Assembly (NCBI GenBank): GCA_965644265.1
Contig: OZ286462.1
Location: forward strand, 63,488,001 to 63,552,000
Source: Glycera tridactyla
Taxonomy: Eukaryota
Direction: 5' to 3'
Length of the DNA stretch: 64,000 nt
Shown here: in pieces, positions 28,102-35,387 of the stretch
Layout of the letters: each line of letters opens with the position of its first letter
Numbering within the stretch: the stretch's first letter is position 1
Translations under genes and position numbers: made by a program
Notes under the pieces: generated by a model
The model's database searches: none
The model's input: only the letters and a program-made list of their open reading frames with translations
Told to the model about the DNA's origin: nothing

Positions 28102-28806
28102 AAGAGTATGGTCGGCGAATACTACGACACGGCCCTGGTACAAAGGGACAGACTGAGGGGCGCGTATATCGGAAATTCGTTTGTACGGGACATCAAGAAG
28201 CACGTTGAGGGAGAAATGGTACGGCAAGGTCTCGGAAACGACGACGAAGGGATGGCCAAAACGATGTGGCTAGACCAACGCTTCAGCGGAATAAAAATCG
28301 AATGGGCGTACAAGTTCGACACGCCGGAGTGGAAAACGGCTCTCAACAAGTGTGTGGAACCAGGTTGTGACATTCTCATAGTGCATATGGGGTCTAACGA
28401 GCTGTGTGAAATGCTACGAAACGGCAGGGGCACACCGGAAGATTTGGTTTCGGAAATGGTACGAGAGGCACAAGTGTGGCGCAAACTATACAACGTGACG
28501 ATAGTTTCATTCTTGTCAGTCGTGAAACGAGAAGCCGGATACCCAGACACACCGGAGAGCTTTAACAAAGTTATGGGGCGCTTCAACGACGAGATGGCAA
28601 GAAAGTGTGAAGTTACGTTTGGCGTGAAATACTACCACGTACGTGGGTTCGCATGCAACCCGGATGGAACGGCGAAGTCGGTGCAAACATGGAGCCCCGA
28701 CAATATACATCCCGGCCGCACATGGAAGGAGGCGGGATTTCGCAAATTCTATCATCAACTACGGGCGGCGATGTCAAACGGCTTGAAGGCATATTGGAAT
28801 GACTAA
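27925..28806 (+). CDS. SGNH/GDSL hydrolase (esterase) ORF of the YR element; probable start ATG 28108 (232 aa)
   Basis: All four SGNH blocks are present in order: YIGNSFVR (block I Ser), FSGIK (block II Gly), ILIVHMGSNEL (block III G-x-N) and WSPDNIHPG (block V D-x-x-H). The 293-codon frame is uninterrupted. Confidence 0.85.
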   Translation: MDTSKSVYCRYCKVMGVGVVTMQNNNTITWMVESEYGACAIVVFRAASLTGVHSQKIQAKSMVGEYYDTALVQRDRLRGAYIGNSFVRDIKKHVEGEMVRQGLGNDDEGMAKTMWLDQRFSGIKIEWAYKFDTPEWKTALNKCVEPGCDILIVHMGSNELCEMLRNGRGTPEDLVSEMVREAQVWRKLYNVTIVSFLSVVKREAGYPDTPESFNKVMGRFNDEMARKCEVTFGVKYYHVRGFACNPDGTAKSVQTWSPDNIHPGRTWKEAGFRKFYHQLRAAMSNGLKAYWND

Positions 28807-28847
28807 GTGAAATGCAACATGTGAATACCTAATTTGGTAAGTGCCTG

Positions 28848-29228
28848 TCAATTTAATGTCCAAAACTGTGATAACAGCATGTGTATTGCCCGAATGAAGA
28901 CGGGGATTTCGTGTATAAAAATACGGACGCCTCGGGTTTGATCGGAGAATGCACAGGCCCGGAAATAGCCGAGCGACATTCGGCCGAAGTCGTCAGGTAC
29001 CCGGATGATGTTATCACATGATATGAGCAACCAATCATGGAGTAGCGTCTTCGATCCTGAATTGGCGCCAAAAAATAGTTTTGCAAACACTCTGGAACCT
29101 AATCTCAACGAAAGCAGTTGATCATATTTTGGACAGCGAAACATTTTACACGAACAACACAAACACACTTTGTTCATCTCAAAGTAAGTTATTGTTTGCT
29201 GATGTTGGTTATTATTGGCGTTTTCCAT
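28848..29228 (-). CDS. Hypothetical 126-aa antisense ORF between the hydrolase and gag
   Basis: ATG-started open frame with non-repetitive sequence, not overlapping any sense ORF. No recognisable family. Confidence 0.25.
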   Translation of the reverse strand: MENANNNQHQQTITYFEMNKVCLCCSCKMFRCPKYDQLLSLRLGSRVFAKLFFGANSGSKTLLHDWLLISCDNIIRVPDDFGRMSLGYFRACAFSDQTRGVRIFIHEIPVFIRAIHMLLSQFWTLN

Positions 29229-29520
29229 TGAACAATTGATAGTTCATACTTCACAGTACAGTGGAGTCACAGCGATCGAGGATTCCAAGTTGTTGATTGT
29301 CAATTTTGCGAAGTCAGCTGATGCAGTACAACATTAGCAAGTTAATGAGCAACTAGTCAATCGGAACTTGGAGCTGAAGTTTGATCAGCGCAATTACCAT
29401 AGGTATTATTATACTGGAAATTGGTTGCAAGATGGGACAAAAAATATTGACAGATGGCAATGAATGTACATTTGATATGAATGTAGATAGAAGCCAAAGC
29501 ATTTGGGGTTTGTGTTACAG

Positions 29521-31266
29521 ATGCCACCTAAGAAGTTGCGATCGTATGGCCGGACCGGTGACAGCAAAGGAGATCGACGATCGGATGATACAAAAAGAAA
29601 ACCGTCAAAAAGAAAATCAACGGCCGATAATGGTAGAAAGCATGCGAAACACGGCAAGACTCAGTCAACGGAAGAGGATTCAGATCGTGATCCACAACCA
29701 AGTGTCTCAGGTAATGCTTATAAGCCATTGTTTTCATACCGAAATGACTTTGATGATGCGGAAACATCGGACTTGGATATTTCACAGCCACCACCTAAGC
29801 TGAGGAGGCAATGTAATACGCCACCTCGCACACGTTCTGGTAAAACATCATCAAAACAACCATTTACAAAGCAGCAAGCAAGATCCAAGCCAAGTATGTC
29901 TTCACAAGGTATGGCAGAATGGTTTAAACAAGCTAAGGAGACCATGGCTGAGATGCGAGATACAGCTCGTAAGTTGTCGGCAATACATGACCAGAAGTCA
30001 CAGCCAAAGAATGTACCTTCAGGTACTCGGGTAACAGGTTCAAATAGAATGGCTACGGGCCGTCAACCAAGTGTTGTATGTACAGGTTTGAATGAACATG
30101 TCAATATACCATTTGTGTCTAAGTATGCCATTAATCGTGGTTTGTGCAATAATCAAAGGATTCCGACTACGGTGTCCAGACCAGAAATTAGACTTGTTGA
30201 TGAAATGGGCAATGTTGAAACCCCGGAAATTTCTTTTCAACAACAGTATGGTGTCGGGAACAGACAACAATTTCATAATCTTGGTCAACAGTATCAGCAT
30301 ATCCCTTTGATACCACAATCACCGGTAGCACAGGCCAGTCATATAACAGACATGCCAGAATTTGACAATAACTCAACACACATGTTCGATGAATTTGATT
30401 TTCCCCCAGTTGAAAACATGTCGGTACAATTGGAATCAATGCAACAAAATGGGGTGCCACAGGGCGCAGATTACATCGCTCCTGCAGTAGGTGGTATGCC
30501 TTGCAGGATAGATAGGGATTCAGATCTTAGGGCATCATGGAATCAAAGTATGCAGATTGGGGACCATGTGGATTTGAAAATGCGACAAAAGATATGGTCT
30601 GGTGTTTATGTAGATTTTAAGGACCTACTGATAAAGGAGCATACCGAGAAGTATCAAGTCGAGTATACTTCAAAGGATGGTGACAAAACTATGTTAATGA
30701 CTCCGAATACGAGTAAGTCCATAAAATCTTTCTCGGAATGGCTTAAGGCATGGGAAGTCTATTCAACCATATACCTTAAGCACCCGATACATAGGGATGA
30801 ACAACAGGCCATGGCCACATATGGTCGTTATATTAGAAATCTAAAAGAAAAAGGTCTCAACTGGGCATACTACGATAGGCAATTTCGATACGAACGCCTC
30901 AGATTGCATACAACACCGTCATGGGGAGAAGTACGACAACCCTTATGGAATGATATCATTGAAGAGAAATATTTCAGCCATCACCAGAAAAAATCAGATT
31001 CTGAGGGTGAATCAGGTGAAGATGCTGACAATAAAAAGAAATTTCGTACAGTGTACATTCCACGTGGGGCATGTTATGGGTATCATCATCTCAAAAAATC
31101 ATGTGAGTCAGGGAAAAAGTGTACTTTTCGCCATGAATGTTTCAGATGTGACAAATCAGTACATCCAGCCTATACATGTAAAAACCCAAAACCAAAAAGT
31201 CAACGGAAGAGGCCGAAATCAAAACCCATTGAATCCAATAAAAATGCCGACACCGATAAAGCATGA
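29521..31266 (+). CDS. gag: Gag-like nucleic-acid-binding protein of the YR retrotransposon (581 aa from ATG 29521; frame open from TTG 29503)
   Basis: Basic low-complexity N-terminus and a DIRS/Ngaro-like core (IGDHVDLKMRQKIWSGVYVDFKDLL...FSEWLKAWEVY...WAYYDRQFR). C-terminal C-x9-C-x5-C-x3-H finger followed by a CX2CX4HX4C knuckle (CFRCDKSVHPAYTC). Confidence 0.85.
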   Translation: MPPKKLRSYGRTGDSKGDRRSDDTKRKPSKRKSTADNGRKHAKHGKTQSTEEDSDRDPQPSVSGNAYKPLFSYRNDFDDAETSDLDISQPPPKLRRQCNTPPRTRSGKTSSKQPFTKQQARSKPSMSSQGMAEWFKQAKETMAEMRDTARKLSAIHDQKSQPKNVPSGTRVTGSNRMATGRQPSVVCTGLNEHVNIPFVSKYAINRGLCNNQRIPTTVSRPEIRLVDEMGNVETPEISFQQQYGVGNRQQFHNLGQQYQHIPLIPQSPVAQASHITDMPEFDNNSTHMFDEFDFPPVENMSVQLESMQQNGVPQGADYIAPAVGGMPCRIDRDSDLRASWNQSMQIGDHVDLKMRQKIWSGVYVDFKDLLIKEHTEKYQVEYTSKDGDKTMLMTPNTSKSIKSFSEWLKAWEVYSTIYLKHPIHRDEQQAMATYGRYIRNLKEKGLNWAYYDRQFRYERLRLHTTPSWGEVRQPLWNDIIEEKYFSHHQKKSDSEGESGEDADNKKKFRTVYIPRGACYGYHHLKKSCESGKKCTFRHECFRCDKSVHPAYTCKNPKPKSQRKRPKSKPIESNKNADTDKA

Positions 31267-32821
31267 GGAACTGAAACACATGCTTACCGGATATGATAAA
31301 GAGTTGGCAAGTCTCATAGTCAATGGATTCAAAATAGGTTTTGACGTTGGTTTTCTGGGTGGCACATCCTGTTTTGCTGAAAGGAATTCATTAAAGGCAG
31401 AAACAAACATCACAGCTGTGATGGAATTTGTACAAAAAGAAACTGAAGCAGGTAGATGGATTGGGCCATTTGATATGCCACCTTACGATTGTATGCATGT
31501 GTCTCCACTCTCCATAAGAGAGAAGTCCAACGGTAAATACAGAGTGATCCATGACTTGTCATTCCCATATAATGAGAATTCAGTCAATTCAGGAATATCA
31601 CAAGAGGAATCAACTGTGAAGTATGCCAGTGTTGAAGATGCTATATTCAAGATTCTGGAACTGGGCCGCGACATATATATGGCAAAAGTAGATGTAAAAT
31701 CTGCCTTTCGCCTATTGCCAATAACTCCTAGGCAATATCATCTATTTTGTTTCAGGGTGAAGAACAAATATTATATAGATAGATGTCTTCAAATGGGTTG
31801 CTCGTCCAGTTGTAAATTATTTGAAATGTTTGCCACTGCGGTTCATTGGATATTATTACATAAAATGAACGTCCCGCACGTGATTCATTACCTTGATGAT
31901 TATCTTCTGTTTGGTAACAGCTGGGAAGAGTGTAACACCCACCTAAAATCCTTTGAGCAACTGGCAAAAAGGATAGGTTTACCTCTATCTCCGGAGAAAA
32001 CCGAAGGTCCAGCACAAAAAATCACGTTTTTGGGAATACAGTTGTCAACAACTAGCATGATGGCAACATTGCCCTCTGTAAAAGTAGACAAATATGTCCA
32101 GAAGGTCATAGATTTTTTATCTATGAAGTCAGCTACCTTGAAAGAATTCCAATCGGTAATAGGTTTTTTACAATGGGCAAGCATGGTGGTCATGCCTGGA
32201 AGACCTTTTTTACGTAGATTGATTGATGGAACAAGAGGTAGAAAAAGCCCATTTGCAAAGATTAACATCACCAATGGTATGAGATCTGATATGAATGTAT
32301 GGTTGAAATTCTTCTCAACTTACAATGGGAAGACATTTTTTCTATCATTGGAACGTGTTCACTCACATGATGTACATTTCTACACGGATGCATCTGCATT
32401 GGCAGGGGGAGGATTGTATGGAAAACATTGGTTTCAAATTCAGTACCCAGCACACTGGATCAAATTGGGAATCACATTCCTGGAATTCTTCCCAATAGTA
32501 ACTGCACTAGCAATGTATGCGGGTAGAATGAGAAACCACCATATTGTTTTTCATACGGATAACCAATCCGTTATGAAAATTATCAATAAGCAAACATCGA
32601 GAAACATATTGTTGATGCGATTGGTTCGACAAATGGTTTGGATTGCTTTGAAAAATAATGTACGTTTCAGCTCAGTACATGTACCTGGGATTTATAATAT
32701 TTTAGCTGACAGGATATCTCGTTTACAGGTGAATCAACACGACCTTATCGCAAGGGGAATGAATACAACACCAGATGCGATACCACATCAGTTTCATCCA
32801 ATCAATTGGATAGGGTCGTAG
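30950..32821 (+). CDS. pol: Reverse transcriptase + RNase H, DIRS/Ngaro type (likely functional start ATG 31244, MPTPIKH)
   Basis: RT motifs YRVIHDLS, KVDVKSAFR, LQMGCSSS, HYLDDYL and TFLGI. RNase H motifs FYTDAS, TFLEFFPI, FHTDNQSV and HVPGIYNILADRISR. The ORF ends shortly after RNase H, so there is no methyltransferase. Confidence 0.95.
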   Translation: MISLKRNISAITRKNQILRVNQVKMLTIKRNFVQCTFHVGHVMGIIISKNHVSQGKSVLFAMNVSDVTNQYIQPIHVKTQNQKVNGRGRNQNPLNPIKMPTPIKHEELKHMLTGYDKELASLIVNGFKIGFDVGFLGGTSCFAERNSLKAETNITAVMEFVQKETEAGRWIGPFDMPPYDCMHVSPLSIREKSNGKYRVIHDLSFPYNENSVNSGISQEESTVKYASVEDAIFKILELGRDIYMAKVDVKSAFRLLPITPRQYHLFCFRVKNKYYIDRCLQMGCSSSCKLFEMFATAVHWILLHKMNVPHVIHYLDDYLLFGNSWEECNTHLKSFEQLAKRIGLPLSPEKTEGPAQKITFLGIQLSTTSMMATLPSVKVDKYVQKVIDFLSMKSATLKEFQSVIGFLQWASMVVMPGRPFLRRLIDGTRGRKSPFAKINITNGMRSDMNVWLKFFSTYNGKTFFLSLERVHSHDVHFYTDASALAGGGLYGKHWFQIQYPAHWIKLGITFLEFFPIVTALAMYAGRMRNHHIVFHTDNQSVMKIINKQTSRNILLMRLVRQMVWIALKNNVRFSSVHVPGIYNILADRISRLQVNQHDLIARGMNTTPDAIPHQFHPINWIGS

Positions 32822-33720
32822 CTGGCCTGGTGCAAGGAGCATTGTCCAAGAATACTGTCACTAGATATGAAATTGTATGGAAAGAATTTCAGAATTTTGT
32901 GAGTAAAATGACTGGAAAAGCCATATGTATGCCTGTATCAGTGAGATTGGTGTCACAATATTTAGCATATTTGTATAGCAAAGGTTTGAAAGCAAGTACT
33001 GTCATGACTCATGGTTCAGTGATAACGTACGCACATCAGATAAGAGACATGAAGAGTCCAATGGAATCATTTATGATCAAGAAATTGATGGCTGGAATGC
33101 GCAGGGTATCAAATGCTCCAGATCCAAGATTACCCATGACTGCTGAACTTTTATTAGAGATGCTAAAACATCTTGCAGTATTGCAGATAGGACAGTGGGA
33201 TGAAATGTTGATCACAGCAATCTTTATGCTGATGTTAACAGCTGGCCTCAGAGTTGGTGAAGTGGTGGCATCTAGGAACGATACAGTACATACTGTACTG
33301 ATGAAAAATGTTAAAGCAGTCATGAGTGAAGGACATCTAGTAGCATATGTAATCAAATTGGACACATTTAAACATTCCACAGAGCCAGTATCAATACGAA
33401 TCAACAAGAAAAATGATTCAAGATTGTGCCCAGTTGTATCACTGAGAAGGTATCTGAGATTCAGGAATACATCCCCTGGTTTTTTGTTCATCAGACAAGA
33501 CGGGAGAGTGGTGACATCAGTATGGGTAGCATCTGTCATGAAGAAGTTAATTTCATTGGCAGGAGCAGATCCCAGTAGGTATGGAACACATAGCTTCCGT
33601 ATAGGTGCAACCACAGCTATTGCTGGGTCGGGAGCCTCTGATCAGGATATGAGGTTGTTCGGGAGATGGAAAACTGATGCTTACAAGAGGTATATCAGAC
33701 CGCAAGTTTTGTTGATATAA
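32806..33720 (+). CDS. Tyrosine recombinase (integrase) of the YR retrotransposon
   Basis: Catalytic residues intact: AGLRVGEV (R), DTFKHS (K), YGTHSFRIGAT (H-x-x-R) and GRWKTDAYKRYI (W, Y), plus an LCPV motif. Overlaps pol by 16 nt. The listed start is TTG; the first in-frame ATG is 32908. Confidence 0.95.
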   Translation: MDRVVAGLVQGALSKNTVTRYEIVWKEFQNFVSKMTGKAICMPVSVRLVSQYLAYLYSKGLKASTVMTHGSVITYAHQIRDMKSPMESFMIKKLMAGMRRVSNAPDPRLPMTAELLLEMLKHLAVLQIGQWDEMLITAIFMLMLTAGLRVGEVVASRNDTVHTVLMKNVKAVMSEGHLVAYVIKLDTFKHSTEPVSIRINKKNDSRLCPVVSLRRYLRFRNTSPGFLFIRQDGRVVTSVWVASVMKKLISLAGADPSRYGTHSFRIGATTAIAGSGASDQDMRLFGRWKTDAYKRYIRPQVLLI

Positions 33721-33752
33721 TCTAGGGTATGGTCGACCAATTTCATTGGTTG

Positions 33753-34419
33753 CCACATTGTATATCGACCATGATGTTTTTGTATAGTATGAACAAGTTG
33801 TATCATATTTGAAGATTCTGGGCTGTAGAGAAATAGTCAGGAAAAGTTTGAGTCCAGGCAATTATTCTTTACAAGCGTAGATTTTCTTCAATAACTTTCA
33901 AAGAAATGAGGAATTTTGAATTTGTGCAATCTTGACAATTGTATTTTCAGCAAAATAGGTGTTGGAAATTGTGAAGTCCAAAGTTTGGTTGGGTAAGATT
34001 GCACAAGAAACAAAGTAATTTTTCATCTAATTTCTGAAAGTAGAACAGCAACAAAAACTGAATTGAATTGTTTATTCAATAGAATAGGATACATCAAGTT
34101 GGGTATTCACATGTCATGGGGAATTATGTAACACTTCAACGGCTGTTGAATAGAATCTCAAAAAATTCCAAAAAATATTTGTATTGAAATTGTTTGAATG
34201 TTGGGGAAACAAGTAGGAAAAGGTTAGGTTGACATGAGCAAGGCAATTGCAGTTATACAATTCTGATATTCACAATTGAGCATATTGCTAGCTGAATGAA
34301 TACCGGTGCATTCCTGTTTGACATCAAGAAATGGTTGTTGTTCACCAGTGGTAACAAAACAAAATTAAAAAATTACCAGACTGGATATTTTGTGTTTGTC
34401 TTTCTTCCCATGTAAAAAA
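33753..34419 (+). repeat. Split direct repeat B1 (667 bp)
   Basis: CCACATTGTATATCG...CCCATGTAAAAAA is identical to 34686-35352 except T34352 vs C35285. It abuts A2 directly. Confidence 0.95.
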
Positions 34420-34658
34420 TCACCATTGCAAAAACGGCAATGGTTTTTTGGCATGAGGAGAAGGATTGATAGATCGATAACATGGATACAAGCAAGTCAG
34501 TATATTGCAGGTATTGCAAGGTGATGGGAGTGGGCGTGGTAACCATGCAAAACAACAACACGATCACGTGGATGGTCGAGTCAGAGTATGGAGCATGGGC
34601 AATAGTTGTATTCAGAGCGGCAAGTTTGACAGGTGTTCATTCGCAAAAAATTCAAGCA
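34420..34658 (+). repeat. Split direct repeat A2 (239 bp)
   Basis: Copy of A1. It also duplicates the first 59 codons of the long hydrolase frame, which explains ORF 34482-34745. Confidence 0.95.
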
Positions 34659-34685
34659 CCCACCATCCCTCCCCAATCACCTTGT

Positions 34686-35352
34686 CCACATTGTATATCG
34701 ACCATGATGTTTTTGTATAGTATGAACAAGTTGTATCATATTTGAAGATTCTGGGCTGTAGAGAAATAGTCAGGAAAAGTTTGAGTCCAGGCAATTATTC
34801 TTTACAAGCGTAGATTTTCTTCAATAACTTTCAAAGAAATGAGGAATTTTGAATTTGTGCAATCTTGACAATTGTATTTTCAGCAAAATAGGTGTTGGAA
34901 ATTGTGAAGTCCAAAGTTTGGTTGGGTAAGATTGCACAAGAAACAAAGTAATTTTTCATCTAATTTCTGAAAGTAGAACAGCAACAAAAACTGAATTGAA
35001 TTGTTTATTCAATAGAATAGGATACATCAAGTTGGGTATTCACATGTCATGGGGAATTATGTAACACTTCAACGGCTGTTGAATAGAATCTCAAAAAATT
35101 CCAAAAAATATTTGTATTGAAATTGTTTGAATGTTGGGGAAACAAGTAGGAAAAGGTTAGGTTGACATGAGCAAGGCAATTGCAGTTATACAATTCTGAT
35201 ATTCACAATTGAGCATATTGCTAGCTGAATGAATACCGGTGCATTCCTGTTTGACATCAAGAAATGGTTGTTGTTCACCAGTGGCAACAAAACAAAATTA
35301 AAAAATTACCAGACTGGATATTTTGTGTTTGTCTTTCTTCCCATGTAAAAAA
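34686..35352 (+). repeat. Split direct repeat B2 (667 bp), element 3' end
   Basis: Copy of B1. ATTAAA at 35297 followed by a GT-rich tract resembles a polyadenylation signal. Confidence 0.95.
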
Positions 35353-35387
35353 GAGCGAAGTTACGTTCTTTACTATCGCAGGTGTGA

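Larger units (their letters stand above)
27863..35352 (+). mobile_element. Full-length Ngaro-type tyrosine-recombinase (DIRS-order) retrotransposon with an extra 5' SGNH hydrolase ORF
   Basis: Split direct repeats A1 (27863-28101) ... B1 (33753-34419), A2 (34420-34658), B2 (34686-35352) enclose intact, overlapping gag, RT-RNase H and YR ORFs. No MT domain follows RNase H, and no target-site duplication is visible (left flank ...TGTCAGAT, right flank GAGCGAAG...). This matches the established Ngaro/PAT architecture. Confidence 0.93.

Noticed and set aside
33036-33614. 192-aa minus-strand ORF (also 28122-28586 and 31900-32274)
   Set aside because: Antisense shadows of the YR, hydrolase and pol ORFs.
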